Below are positions 38,601-54,300 of a DNA stretch of 64,000 nt, piece by piece. Position 1 is the first letter of the stretch. Every line of letters starts with the position of its first letter. Under the pieces are notes generated by a model that did no database searches, was not told where the DNA came from, and worked only from the letters and a program-made list of their open reading frames with translations. This stretch comes from Gordius albopunctatus (Eukaryota): contig OZ193910.1 of assembly GCA_964276515.1 (NCBI GenBank), positions 8,308,001-8,372,000 on the forward strand, written 5' to 3'. Both the position numbers and the translations under genes were made by a program.

Positions 38601-41600
38601 CAGACGTTATTTCCATGATAAAAAGTTAAAATTTATCAGAATTAGAGAACCATTACTTTTAAATCATCATCGCATAGAGCATGTTTCAAAAATTAAGCAC
38701 TAACGTTGCGATACAACTAACTAATCGCAACAATATAACGTTGTCTTTTCTCAAAATGATTGTTCTCGCAGCTTAAAACTTCTTATAAGGAGTCGATCGA
38801 GATTAATAGGATTCTCAAATCAGCTTACTTTTATATATTTTTTCAAGCTCTTTTACATAAAATAACAAAAAATATATTGTTCAGGTTAAAATAATTCACA
38901 ATTTTTTCCTTTCGGCCATATTCAACCGATGAAAGTTGTTATTTTCAGACGTGATTTCCATGATAAAAAGTCAAAATTTATCAGAATTAGAGAACTGTTA
39001 CTTTTAAATCATCATCGCATAGAGCATGTTTCAAAAATTAAGCACTAACGTTGCGATACAACAAACTAATCGCAACAAAATAACGTTGTCTTTTCTCAAA
39101 ATGATTGTTCTCGCAGCTTAAAACTTCTTTCTTAAGTCAATCGAGCATAAAAGGTTTCTCAAATTGGCTTACTTTAATATATTTTTTCAAGCTCCTTTAC
39201 ATAAAATAACAAAAAATATATTTTTTCAGGATAAAATAATTCACAATTTTTTCCTTTCAACCATATTCAACTGATGAAAGTTGTTATTTTCAGACGTGAT
39301 TTCCATGATAAAAAGTCAAAATTTATCAGAATTAGAGAACTATTACTTTTAAATCATCATCGCATAGAGCATGTTTCAAAAATTAAGCACTAACGTTGCG
39401 ATACAACTAATCGCAACAATATAACGTTGTCTTTTCTCAAAATGATTGTTCTCGCAGCTTAAAACTTCTTATAAGGAGTCGATCGAGATTAATAGGATTC
39501 TCAAATGAGCTTACTTTTATATATTTTTTCAAGCTCTTTTACATAAAATAACAAAAAATATATTGTTCAGGTTAAAATAATTCACAATTTTTTCCTTTCA
39601 ACCATATTCAACCGATGAAAGTTGTTATTTTCAGACGTGATTTCCATGATAAAAAGTCAAAATTTATCAGAATTAGAGAACTGTTACTTTTAAATCATCA
39701 TCGCATAGAGCATGTTTCAAAAATTAAGCACTAACGTTGCGATACAACAAACTAATCGCAACAAAATAACGTTGTCTTTTCTCAAAATGATTGTTCTCGC
39801 AGCTTAAAACTTCTTTCTTAAGTCAATCGAGCATAAAAGGTTTCTCAAATTGGCTTACTTTAATATATTTTTTCAAGCTCCTTTACATAAAATAACAAAA
39901 AATATATTTTTTCAGGATAAAATAATTCACAATTTTTTCCTTTCAACCATATTCAACTGATGAAAGTTGTTATTTTCAGACGTGATTTCCATGATAAAAA
40001 GTCAAAATTTATCAGAATTAGAGAACTATTACTTTTAAATCATCATCGCATAGAGCATGTTTCAAAAATTAAGCACTAACGTTGCGATACAACTAATCGC
40101 AACAATATAACGTTGTCTTTTCTCAAAATGATTGTTCTCGCAGCTTAAAACTTCTTATAAGGAGTCGATCGAGATTAATAGGATTCTCAAATGAGCTTAC
40201 TTTTATATATTTTTTCAAGCTCTTTTACATAAAATAACAAAAAATATATTTTTCAGGTTTAAATAATTCACAATTTTTTCCTTTCAACCATATTCAACCG
40301 ATGAAAGTTGTTATTTTCAGACGTGATTTCCATGATAAAAAGTTAAAATTTATCAGAATTAGAGAACTATTACTTTTAAATCATCATCGCATAGAGCATG
40401 TTTCAAAAATTAAGCACTAACGTTGCGATACAACTAACTAATCGCAACAATATAACGTTGTCTTTTCTCAAAATGATTGTTCTCGCAGCTTAAAACTTCT
40501 TATAAGGAGTCGATCGAGATTAATAGGATTCTCAAATCAGCTTACTTTTATATATTTTTTCAAGCTCTTTTACATAAAATAACAAAAAATATATTGTTCA
40601 GGTTAAAATAATTCACAATTTTTTCCTTTCGGCCATATTCAACCGATGAAAGTTGTTATTTTCAGACGTGATTTCCATGATAAAAAGTTAAAATTTATCA
40701 GAATTAGAGAACCATTACTTTTAAATCATCATCGCATAGAGCATGTTTCAAAAATTAACCACTAACGTTGCGATACAACTAACTAATCGCAACAAAATAA
40801 CGTTGTCTTTTCTCAAAATGATTGTTCTCGCAGCTTAAAACTTCTTTCTTAAGTCAATCGAGCATAAAAGGTTTCTCAAATTGGCTTACTTTTATATATT
40901 TTTTCAAGCTCTTTTACATAAAATAACAAAAAATATATTGTTCAGGTTAAAATAATTCACAATTTTTTCCTTTCAACCATATTCAACCGATGAAAGTTGT
41001 TATTTTCAGACGTGATTTCCATGATAAAAAGTTAAAATTTATCAGAATTAGAGAACCATTACTTTTAAATCATCATCGCATAGAGCATGTTTCAAAAATT
41101 AAGCACTAACGTTGCGATACAACTAACTAATCGCAACAATATAACGTTGTATTTTCTCAAAATGATTGTTCTCGCAGCTTAAAACTTCTTTCTGAAGTCA
41201 ATCGAGGATAAAAGGTTTCTCAAATCAGCTTACTTTTATATATTTTTTCAAGCTCTTTTACATAAAATAACAAAAAATATATTTTTCAGGTTTAAATAAT
41301 TCACAATTTTTTCCTTTCAACCATATTCAACCGATGAAAGTTGTTATTTTCAGACGTGATTTCCATGATAAAAAGTTAAAATTTATCAGAATTAGAGAAC
41401 TATTACTTTTAAATCATCATCGCATAGAGCATGTTTCAAAAATTAAGCACTAACGTTGCGATACAACTAACTAATCGCAACAATATAACGTTGTCTTTTC
41501 TCAAAATGATTGTTCTCGCAACTTAAAACTTCTTATAAGGAGTCGATCGAGATTAATAGGATTCTCAAATCAGCTTACTTTTATATATTTTTTCAAGCTC

Positions 41601-44600
41601 TTTTACATAAAATAACAAAAAATATATTGTTCAGGTTAAAATAATTCACAATTTTTTCCTTTCGGCCATATTCAACCGATGAAAGTTGTTATTTTCAGAC
41701 GTGATTTCCATGATAAAAAGTTAAAATTTATCAGAATTAGAGAACCATTACTTTTAAATCATCATCGCATAGAGCATGTTTCAAAAATTAAGCACTAACG
41801 TTGCGATACAACTAACTAATCGCAACAAAATAACGTTGTCTTTTCTCAAAATGATTGTTCTCGCAGCTTAAAACTTCTTTCTTAAGTCAATCGAGCATAA
41901 AAGGTTTCTCAAATTGGCTTACTTTAATATATTTTTTCAAGCTCTTTTACATAAAATAACAAAAAATATATTTTTTCAGGATAAAATAATTCACAATTTT
42001 TTCCTTTCAACCATATTCAACCGATGAAAGTTGTTATTTTCAGACGTGATTTCCATGATAAAAAGTTAAAATTTATCAGAATTAGAGAACTATTACTTTT
42101 AAATCATCATCGCATAGAGCATGTTTCAAAAATTAAGCACTAACGTTGCGATACAACTAACTAATCGCAACAATATAACGTTGTCTTTTCTCAAAATGAT
42201 TGTTCTCGCAACTTAAAACTTCTTATAAGGAGTCGATCGAGATTAATAGGATTCTCAAATCAGCTTACTTTTATATATTTTTTCAAGCTCTTTTACATAA
42301 AATAACAAAAAATATATTGTTCAGGTTAAAATAATTCACAATTTTTTCCTTTCGGCCATATTCAACCGATGAAAGTTGTTATTTTCAGACGTGATTTCCA
42401 TGATAAAAAGTTAAAATTTATCAGAATTAGAGAACCATTACTTTTAAATCATCATCGCATAGAGCATGTTTCAAAAATTAAGCACTAACGTTGCGATACA
42501 ACTAACTAATCGCAACAAAATAACGTTGTCTTTTCTCAAAATGATTGTTCTCGCAGCTTAAAACTTCTTTCTTAAGTCAATCGAGCATAAAAGGTTTCTC
42601 AAATTGGCTTACTTTAATATATTTTTTCAAGCTCTTTTACATAAAATAACAAAAAATATATTTTTTCAGGATAAAATAATTCACAATTTTTTCCTTTCAA
42701 CCATATTCAACTGATGAAAGTTGTTATTTTCAGACGTGATTTCCATGATAAAAAGTTAAAATTTATCAGAATTAGAGAACCATTACTTTTAAATCATCAT
42801 CGCATAGAGCATGTTTCAAAAATTAAGCACTAACGTTGCGATACAACGAACTAATCGCAACAATATAACGTTGTCTTTTCTCAAAATGATTGTTCTCGCA
42901 GCTTAAAACTTCTTATAAGGAGTCGATCGAGATTAATAGGATTCTCAAATAAGCTTACTTTTATATATTTTTTCAAGCTCTTTTACATAAAATAACAAAA
43001 AATATATTGTTCAGGTTAAAATAATTCACAATTTTTTCCTTTCGGCCATATTCAACCGATGAAAGTTGTTATTTTCAGACGTGATTTCCATGATAAAAAG
43101 TTAAAATTTATCAGAATTAGAGAACCATTACTTTTAAATCATCATCGCATAGAGCATGTTTCAAAAATTAAGCACTAACGTTGCGATACAACTAACTAAT
43201 CGCAACAAAATAACGTTGTCTTTTCTCAAAATGATTGTTCTCGCAGCTTAAAACTTCTTTCTTAAGTCAATCGAGCATAAAAGGTTTCTCAAATTGGCTT
43301 ACTTTAATATATTTTTTCAAGCTCTTTTACATAAAATAACAAAAAATATATTTTTTCAGGATAAAATAATTCACAATTTTTTCCTTTCAACCATATTCAA
43401 CTGATGAAAGTTGTTATTTTCAGACGTGATTTCCATGATAAAAAGTTAAAATTTATCAGAATTAGAGAACCATTACTTTTAAATCATCATCGCATAGAGC
43501 ATGTTTCAAAAATTAAGCACTAACGTTGCGATACAACGAACTAATCGCAACAATATAACGTTGTCTTTTCTCAAAATGATTGTTCTCGCAGCTTAAAACT
43601 TCTTATAAGGAGTCGATCGAGATTAATAGGATTCTCAAATAAGCTTACTTTTATATATTTTTTCAAGCTCTTTTACATAAAATAACAAAAAATATATTTT
43701 TCAGGTTAAAATAATTCACAATTTTTTCCTTTCAACCATATTCAACCGATGAAAGTTGTTATTTTCAGACGTGATTTCCATGATAAAAAGTTAAAATTTA
43801 TCAGAATTAGAGAACCATTACTTTTAAATCATCATCGCATAGAGCATGTTTCAAAAATTAAGCACTAACGTTGCGATACAACTAACTAATCGCAACAATA
43901 TAACGTTGTCTTTTCTCAAAAGGATTGTTCTCGCAGCTTAAAACTTCTTATAAGGAGTCGATCGAGATTAATAGGATTCTCAAATCAGCTTACTTTTATA
44001 TATTTTTTCAAGCTCTTTTACATAAAATAACAAAAAATATATTGTTCAGGTTAAAATAATTCACAATTTTTTCCTTTCGGCCATATTCAACCGATGAAAG
44101 TTGTTATTTTCAGACGTGATTTCCATGATAAAAAGTCAAAATTTATCAGAATTAGAGAACTGTTACTTTTAAATCATCATCGCATAGAGCATGTTTCAAA
44201 AATTAAGCACTAACGTTGCGATACAACGAACTAATCGCAACAATATAACGTTGTCTTTTCTCAAAATGATTGTTCTCGCAGCTTAAAACTTCTTATAAGG
44301 AGTCGATCGAGATTAATAGGATTCTCAAATAAGCTTACTTTTATATATTTTTTCAAGCTCTTTTACATAAAATAACAAAAAATATATTTTTCAGGTTAAA
44401 ATAATTCACAATTTTTTCCTTTCAACCATATTCAACCGATGAAAGTTGTTATTTTCAGACGTGATTTCCATGATAAAAAGTTAAAATTTATCAGAATTAG
44501 AGAACCATTACTTTTAAATCATCATCGCATAGAGCATGTTTCAAAAATTAAGCACTAACGTTGCGATACAACTAACTAATCGCAACAATATAACGTTGTC

Positions 44601-47600
44601 TTTTCTCAAAATGATTGTTCTCGCAGCTTAAAACTTCTTATAAGGAGTCGATCGAGATTAATAGGATTCTCAAATCAGCTTACTTTTATATATTTTTTCA
44701 AGCTCTTTTACATAAAATAACAAAAAATATATTGTTCAGGTTAAAATAATTCACAATTTTTTCCTTTCGGCCATATTCAACCGATGAAAGTTGTTATTTT
44801 CAGACGTGATTTCCATGATAAAAAGTCAAAATTTATCAGAATTAGAGAACTGTTACTTTTAAATCATCATCGCATAGAGCATGTTTCAAAAATTAAGCAC
44901 TAACGTTGCGATACAACTAACTAATCGCAACAATATAACGTTGTCTTTTCTCAAAATGATTGTTCTCGCAGCTTAAAACTTCTTTCTAAAGTCAATCGAG
45001 CATAAAAGGTTTCTCAAATCAGCTTACTTTTATATATTTTTTCAAGCTCTTTTACATAAAATAACAAAAAATATATTTTTCAGGTTAAAATAATTCACAA
45101 TTTTTTCCTTTCAACCATATTCAACCGATGAAAGTTGTTATTTTCAGACGTTATTTCCATGATAAAAAGTTAAAATTTATCAGAATTAGAGAACCATTAC
45201 TTTTAAATCATCATCGCATAGAGCATGTTTCAAAAATTAAGCACTAACGTTGCGATACAACTAACTAATCGCAACAATATAACGTTGTCTTTTCTCAAAA
45301 TGATTGTTCTCGCAGCTTAAAACTTCTTATAAGGAGTCGATCGAGATTAATAGGATTCTCAAATCAGCTTACTTTTATATATTTTTTCAAGCTCTTTTAC
45401 ATAAAATAACAAAAAATATATTGTTCAGGTTAAAATAATTCACAATTTTTTCCTTTCGGCCATATTCAACCGATGAAAGTTGTTATTTTCAGACGTGATT
45501 TCCATGATAAAAAGTCAAAATTTATCAGAATTAGAGAACTGTTACTTTTAAATCATCATCGCATAGAGCATGTTTCAAAAATTAAGCACTAACGTTGCGA
45601 TACAACAAACTAATCGCAACAAAATAACGTTGTCTTTTCTCAAAATGATTGTTCTCGCAGCTTAAAACTTCTTTCTTAAGTCAATCGAGCATAAAAGGAT
45701 TCTCAAATTGGCTTACTTTAATATATTTTTTCAAGCTCCTTTACATAAAATAACAAAAAATATATTTTTTCAGGATAAAATAATTCACAATTTTTTCCTT
45801 TCAACCATATTCAACTGATGAAAGTTGTTATTTTCAGACGTGATTTCCATGATAAAAAGTCAAAATTTATCAGAATTAGAGAACTATTACTTTTAAATCA
45901 TCATCGCATAGAGCATGTTTCAAAAATTAAGCACTAACGTTGCGATACAACTAATCGCAACAATATAACGTTGTCTTTTCTCAAAATGATTGTTCTCGCA
46001 GCTTAAAACTTCTTATAAGGAGTCGATCGAGATTAATAGGATTCTCAAATGAGCTTACTTTTATATATTTTTTCAAGCTCTTTTACATAAAATAACAAAA
46101 AATATATTGTTCATGTTAAAATAATTCACAATTTTTTCCTTTCAACCATATTCAACCGATGAAAGTTGTTATTTTCAGACGTGATTTCCATGATAAAAAG
46201 TTAAAATTTATCAGAATTAGAGAACCATTACTTTTAAATCATCATCGCATAGAGCATGTTTCAAAAATTAAGCACTAACGTTGCGATACAACTAACTAAT
46301 CGCAACAATATAACGTTGTCTTTTCTAAAAATGATTGTTCTCGCAGCTTAAAACTTCTTATAAGGAGTCGATCGAGATTAATAGGATTTTCAAATCAGCT
46401 TACTTTTATATATTTTTTCAAGCTCTTTTACATAAAATAACAAAAAATATATTTTTCAGGTTAAAATAATTCACAATTTTTTCCTTTCAACCATATTCAA
46501 CCGATGAAAGTTGTTATTTTCAGACGTGATTTCCATGATAAAAAGTCAAAATTTATCAGAATTAGAGAACTATTACTTTTAAATCATCATCGCATAGAGC
46601 ATGTTTCAAAAATTAAGCACTAACGTTGCGATACAACTAATCGCAACAATATAACGTTGTCTTTTCTCAAAATGATTGTTCTCGCAGCTTAAAACTTCTT
46701 ATAAGGAGTCGATCGAGATTAATAGGATTCTCAAATCAGCTTACTTTTATATATTTTTTCAAGCTCTTTTACATAAAATAACAAAAAATATATTGTTCAG
46801 GTTAAAATAATTCACAATTTTTTCCTTTCAACCATATTCAACCGATGAAAGTTGTTATTTTCAGACGTGATTTCCATGATAAAAAGTTAAAATTTATCAG
46901 AATTAGAGAACCATTACTTTTAAATCATCATCGCATAGAGCATGTTTCAAAAATTAAGCACTAACGTTGCGATACAACTAACTAATCGCAACAATATAAC
47001 GTTGTATTTTCTCAAAATGATTGTTCTCGCAGCTTAAAACTTCTTATAAGGAGTCGATCGAGATTAATAGGATTCTCAAATCAGCTTACTTTTATATATT
47101 TTTTCAAGCTCTTTTACATAAAATAACAAAAAATATATTTTTCAGGTTAAAATAATTCACAATTTTTTCCTTTCAACCATATTCAACCGATGAAAGTTGT
47201 TATTTTCAGACGTGATTTCCATGATAAAAAGTTAAAATTTATCAGAATTAGAGAACCATTACTTTTAAATCATCATCGCATAGAGCATGTTTCAAAAATA
47301 AAGCACTAACGTTGCGATACAACTAACTAATCGCAACAATATAACGTTGTATTTTCTCAAAATGATTGTTCTCGCAGCTTAAAACTTCTTTCTGAAGTCA
47401 ATCGAGGATAAAAGGTTTCTCAAATTGGCTTACTTTAATATATTTTTTCAAGCTCTTTTACATAAAATAACAAAAAATATATTTTTTCAGGATAAAATAA
47501 TTCACAATTTTTTCCTTTCAACCATATTCAACCGATGAAAGTTGTTATTTTCAGACGTGATTTCCATGATAAAAAGTTAAAATTTATCAGAATTAGAGAA

Positions 47601-50600
47601 CTATTACTTTTAAATCATCATCGCATAGAGCATGTTTCAAAAATTAAGCACTCACGTTCCGATACAACAAACTAATCGCAACAAGATAACGTTGTCTTTT
47701 CGCAAAATGATAGTTCTCGCAGCTTGAAACATCTTATAAGGAGTCGATCGAGATTAATAGGATTCTCAAATCAGCTTACTTTTATATATTTTTTCAAGCT
47801 CTTTTACATAAAATAACAAAAAATATATTTTTCAGGTTAAAATAATTCACAATTTTTTCCTTTCAACCATATTCAACCGATGAAAGTTGTTATTTTCAGA
47901 CGTGATTTCCATGATAAAAAGTTAAAATTTATCAGAATTAGAGAACTGTTACTTTTAAATCATCATCGCATAGAGCATGTTTCAAAAATTAAGCACTAAC
48001 GTTGCGATACAACTAACTAATCGCAACAATATAACGTTGTATTTTCTCAAAATGATTGTTCTCGCAGCTTAAAACTTCTTTCTGAAGTCAATCGAGGATA
48101 AAAGGTTTCTCAAATTGGCTTACTTTAATATATTTTTTCAAGCTCTTTTACATAAAATAACAAAAAATATATTTTTTCAGGATAAAATAATTCACAATTT
48201 TTTCCTTTCAACCATATTCAACCGATGAAAGTTGTTATTTTCAGACGTGATTTCCATGATAAAAAGTCAAAATTTATCAGAATTAGAGAACTATTACTTT
48301 TAAATCATCATCGCATAGAGCATGTTTCAAAAATTAAGCACTAGCGTTGCGATACAACTAATCGCAACAATATAACGTTGTCTTTTCTCAAAATGATTGT
48401 TCTCGCAGCTTAAAACTTCTTATAAGGAGTCGATCGAGATTAATAGGATTCTCAAATGAGCTTACTTTTATATATTTTTTCAAGCTCTTTTACATAAAAT
48501 AACAAAAAATATATTGTTCATGTTAAAATAATTCACAATTTTTTCCTTTCAACCATATTCAACCGATGAAAGTTGTTATTTTCAGACGTGATTTCCATGA
48601 TAAAAAGTTAAAATTTATCAGAATTAGAGAACTATTACTTTTAAATCATCATCGCATAGAGCATGTTTCAAAAATTAAGCACTCACGTTCCGATACAACA
48701 AACTAATCGCAACAAGATAACGTTGTCTTTTCGCAAAATGATAGTTCTCGCAGCTTGAAACATCTTATAAGGAGTCGATCGAGATTAATAGGATTCTCAA
48801 ATCAGCTTACTTTTATATATTTTTTCAAGCTCTTTTACATAAAATAACAAAAAATATATTTTTCAGGTTAAAATAATTCACAATTTTTTCCTTTCAACCA
48901 TATTCAACCGATGAAAGTTGTTATTTTCAGACGTGATTTCCATGATAAAAAGTTAAAATTTATCAGAATTAGATAACTGTTACTTTTAAATCATCATCGC
49001 ATAGAGCATGTTTCAAAAATTAAGCACTAACGTTGCGATACAACGAATCGCAACAATATAACGTTGTCTTTTCTCAAAATGATTGTTCTCGCAGCTTAAA
49101 ACTTCTTATAAGGAGTCGATCGAGATTAATAGGATTCTCAAATGAGCTTACTTTTATATATTTTTTCAAGCTCTTTTACATAAAATAACAAAATATATAG
49201 TTTTTCAGGTTAAAATAATTCACAATTTTTTCCTTTCGGCCATATTCAACCGATGAAAGTTGTTATTTTCAGACGTGATTTCCATGATAAAAAGTTAAAA
49301 TTTATCAGAATTAGAGAACCATTACTTTTAAATCATCATCGCATAGAGCATGTTTCAAAAATTAAGCACTAACGTTGCGATACAACTAACTAATCGCAAC
49401 AATATAACGTTGTATTTTCTCAAAATGATTGTTCTCGCAGCTTAAAACTTCTTATAAGGAGTCGATCGAGATTAATAGGATTCTCAAATGATCTTACTTT
49501 TATATATTTTTTCAAGCTCTTTTACATAAAATAACAAAAAATATATTTTTTCAGGTTATAATAATTCACAATTTTTTCCTTTCAACCATATTCAACCGAT
49601 GAAAGTTGTTATTTTCAGACGTGATTTCCATGATAAAAAGTTAAAATTTATCAGAATTAGAGAACTATTACTTTTAAATCATCATCGCATAGAGCATGTT
49701 TCAAAAATTAAGCACTAACGTTGCGATACAACTAACTAATCGCAACAATATAACGTTGTCTTTTCTCAAAATGATAGTTCTCGCAGCTTGAAACTTCTTA
49801 TATGGAGTTGATCGAGAATAATAGGATTCTCAAATGAGCTTACTTTTTTATATTTTTTCAAGCTCTTTTACATAAAATAACAAAAAATATATTTTTTCAG
49901 GTTAAAATAATTCACAATTTTTTCCTTTCAACCATATTCATCCGATGAAAGTTTTTATTTTCAGACGTGATTTCCATGATAAAAAGTCAAAATTTATCAG
50001 AATTAGAAAACTATTACTTTTAAATCATCATCGCATAGAGCATTTTTCAAAAATTAAGCACTCACGTTGCGATACAACAAACTAATCGCAACAATATAAC
50101 GTTGTCTTTTCTCAAAATGATAGTTCTCGCAGCTTGAAACTTCTTATATGGAGTCGATCGAGAATAATAGGATTCTCAAATGAGCTTACTTTTATATATT
50201 TTTTCAAGCTCTTTTACATAAAATAACAAAAATTATATTTTTTTAGCTCCGAATAATTCACAATTTTTTCCTTTCAAATCATATTCATCCGATGAAAGTT
50301 GTTATTTTCAGACGTGATTTCCATGATAAAAAGTTAAAATTTATCAGAATTAGAGAACTATTACTGTGAAATCATCATCGCATAGAGAATGTTTCAAAAA
50401 TATAAACATTCACGTTGCGATACAACAAACTAATCGCAACAAAATAACGTTGTCTTTTCTCAAAATGATAGTTCTCGCCGCTTGAAACTTCTTATATGGA
50501 GTCGATCGAGAATAATAGGATTCTCAAATGAGCTTCTTTTAAATATTTTTTCAAGCTCTTTTACATAAAATAACAAAAATTATATTTTTGTAGCTCCGAA

Positions 50601-51079
50601 TAATTCACAATTTTTTCCTTTCAAACATATTCATCCGATGAAAGTTGTTATTTTCAGACGTGATTTCCATGATAAAAAGTTAAAATTTATCAGAATTAGA
50701 GAACTATTACTTTGAAATAATCATCGCATAGAGAATGTTTTAAAAATTAAGCACTCACGTTGCGATACAACAAACTAATCGCAACAATATAACGTTGTCT
50801 TTTCTCAAAATGATAGTTCTCGCAGCTTGAAACTTCTAATATGGAGTCGATCGAGAAAAATAGGATTCTCAAATGAGCTTACTTTTTTATATTTTTTCAA
50901 GCTCTTTTACATAAAATAACAAAAAATATATTTTTTCAGGTCAAAATAATTCACAATTTTTTCCTTTCAACCATATTCAACCGATGAAAGTTTTTATTTT
51001 CTGACGAGATTTCCATGATAAAAAGTCAAAATTTATCAGAATTAGAAAACTATTACTTTTAAATCATCATCGCATAGAG
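35628..51079 (+). repeat. 15,491-bp tandem duplication, copy 2
   Basis: Same markers as copy 1. The first downstream mismatch is at 35589/51080. Confidence 0.93.
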
Positions 51080-51347
51080 AATGTTTTAAAAATTAAGCAC
51101 TCACGTTGCGATACAACAAACTAATCGCAACAATATAACGTTGTCTTTTCTCAAAATGATAGTTCTCGCAGCTTGAAACTTCTAATATGGAGTCGATCGA
51201 GAAAAATAGGATTCTCAAATGAGCTTACTTTTTTATATTTTTTCAAGCTCTTTTACATAAAATAACAAAAAATATATTTTTTCAGGTCAAAATAATTCAC
51301 AATTTTTTCCTTTCAACCATATTCAACCGATGAAAGTTTTTATTTTC
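48971..51347 (+). repeat. Island of diverged satellite monomers, copy 2, with one extra locally duplicated monomer
   Basis: Same private variants at +15,491. Segment ~51066-51347 repeats ~50720-51001 at a 346-bp offset. Confidence 0.88.
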
Positions 51348-51399
51348 AGACGTTATTTCCATGATAAAAAGTTAAAATTTATCAGAATTAGAGAACCAT

Positions 51400-54300
51400 T
51401 ACTTTTAAATCATCATCGCATAGAGCATGTTTCAAAAATTAAGCACTAACGTTGCGATACAACTAACTAATCGCAACAATATAACGTTGTCTTTTCTCAA
51501 AATGATTGTTCTCGCAGCTTAAAACTTCTTATAAGGAGTCGATCGAGATTAATAGGATTCTCAAATCAGCTTACTTTTATATATTTTATCAAGCTCTTTT
51601 ACATAAAATAACAAAAAATATATTTTTTAGGTTAAAATAACTCAATTTTTTCCTTTCAACCATATTCAACCGATAAAAGTTGTTATTTTCAGACGTGATT
51701 TCCATGATAAAAAGTTAAAATTTATCAGAATTAGAGAACCATTACTTTTAAATCATCATCGCATAGAGCATGTTTCAAAAATTAAGCACTAACGTTGCGA
51801 TACAACAAACTAATCGCAACAAAATAACGTTGTCTTTTCTCAAAATGATTGTTCTCGCAGCTTAAAACTTCTTTCTTAAGTCAATCGAGCATAAAAGGAT
51901 TCTCAAATTGGCTTACTTTAATATATTTTTTCAAGCTCCTTTACATAAAATAACAAAAAATATATTTTTTCAGGATAAAATAATTCACAATTTTTTCCTT
52001 TCAACCATATTCAACTGATGAAAGTTGTTATTTTCAGACGTGATTTCCATGATAAAAAGTCAAAATTTATCAGAATTAGAGAACTATTACTTTTAAATCA
52101 TCATCGCATAGAGCATGTTTCAAAAATTAAGCACTAACGTTGCGATACAACTAATCGCAACAATATAACGTTGTCTTTTCTCAAAATGATTGTTCTCGCA
52201 GCTTAAAACTTCTTATAAGGAGTCGATCGAGATTAATAGGATTCTCAAATGAGCTTACTTTTATATATTTTTTCAAGCTCTTTTACATAAAATAACAAAA
52301 AATATATTGTTCATGTTAAAATAATTCACAATTTTTTCCTTTCAACCATATTCAACCGATGAAAGTTGTTATTTTCAGACGTGATTTCCATGATAAAAAG
52401 TTAAAATTTATCAGAATTAGAGAACTATTACTTTTAAATCATCATCGCATAGAGCATGTTTCAAAAATTAAGCACTCACGTTGCGATACAACAAACTAAT
52501 CGCAACAAGATAACGTTGTCTTTTCGCAAAATGATAGTTCTCGCAGCTTGAAACATCTTATAAGGAGTCGATCGAGAATAATAGGATTCTCAAATTAGCT
52601 TACTTTTATATATTTTATCAAGCTCTTTTACATAAAATAACAAAAAATATATTTTTTAGGTTAAAATAACTCAATTTTTTCCTTTCAACCATATTCAACC
52701 GATAAAAGTTGTTATTTTCAGACGTGATTTCCATGATAAAAAGTTAAAATTTATCAGAATTAGAGAACCATTACTTTTAAATCATCATCGCATAGAGCAT
52801 GTTTCAAAAATTAAGCACTAACGTTGCGATACAACTAACTAATCGCAACAATATAACGTTGTATTTTCTCAAAATGATTGTTCTCGCAGCTTAAAACTTC
52901 TTTCTGAAGTCAATCGAGGATAAAAGGTTTCTCAAATCAGCTTACTTTTATATATTTTTTCAAGCTCTTTTACATAAAATAACAAAAAATATATTTTTCA
53001 GGTTAAAATAATTCACAATTTTTTCCTTTCAACCATATTCAACCGATGAAAGTTGTTATTTTCAGACGTTATTTCCATGATAAAAAGTTAAAATTTATCA
53101 GAATTAGAGAACCATTACTTTTAAATCATCATCGCATAGAGCATGTTTCAAAAATTAAGCACTAACGTTGCGATACAACTAACTAATCGCAACAATATAA
53201 CGTTGTCTTTTCTCAAAATGATTGTTCTCGCAGCTTAAAACTTCTTATAAGGAGTCGATCGAGATTAATAGGATTCTCAAATCAGCTTACTTTTATATAT
53301 TTTTTCAAGCTCTTTTACATAAAATAACAAAAAATATATTGTTCAGGTTAAAATAATTCACAATTTTTTCCTTTCGGCCATATTCAACCGATGAAAGTTG
53401 TTATTTTCAGACGTGATTTCCATGATAAAAAGTCAAAATTTATCAGAATTAGAGAACTGTTACTTTTAAATCATCATCGCATAGAGCATGTTTCAAAAAT
53501 TAAGCACTAACGTTGCGATACAACAAACTAATCGCAACAAAATAACGTTGTCTTTTCTCAAAATGATTGTTCTCGCAGCTTAAAACTTCTTTCTTAAGTC
53601 AATCGAGCATAAAAGGTTTCTCAAATTGGCTTACTTTAATATATTTTTTCAAGCTCCTTTACATAAAATAACAAAAAATATATTTTTTCAGGATAAAATA
53701 ATTCACAATTTTTTCCTTTCAACCATATTCAACTGATGAAAGTTGTTATTTTCAGACGTGATTTCCATGATAAAAAGTCAAAATTTATCAGAATTAGAGA
53801 ACTATTACTTTTAAATCATCATCGCATAGAGCATGTTTCAAAAATTAAGCACTAACGTTGCGATACAACTAATCGCAACAATATAACGTTGTCTTTTCTC
53901 AAAATGATTGTTCTCGCAGCTTAAAACTTCTTATAAGGAGTCGATCGAGATTAATAGGATTCTCAAATGAGCTTACTTTTATATATTTTTTCAAGCTCTT
54001 TTACATAAAATAACAAAAAATATATTGTTCAGGTTAAAATAATTCACAATTTTTTCCTTTCAACCATATTCAACCGATGAAAGTTGTTATTTTCAGACGT
54101 GATTTCCATGATAAAAAGTCAAAATTTATCAGAATTAGAGAACTGTTACTTTTAAATCATCATCGCATAGAGCATGTTTCAAAAATTAAGCACTAACGTT
54201 GCGATACAACAAACTAATCGCAACAAAATAACGTTGTCTTTTCTCAAAATGATTGTTCTCGCAGCTTAAAACTTCTTTCTTAAGTCAATCGAGCATAAAA

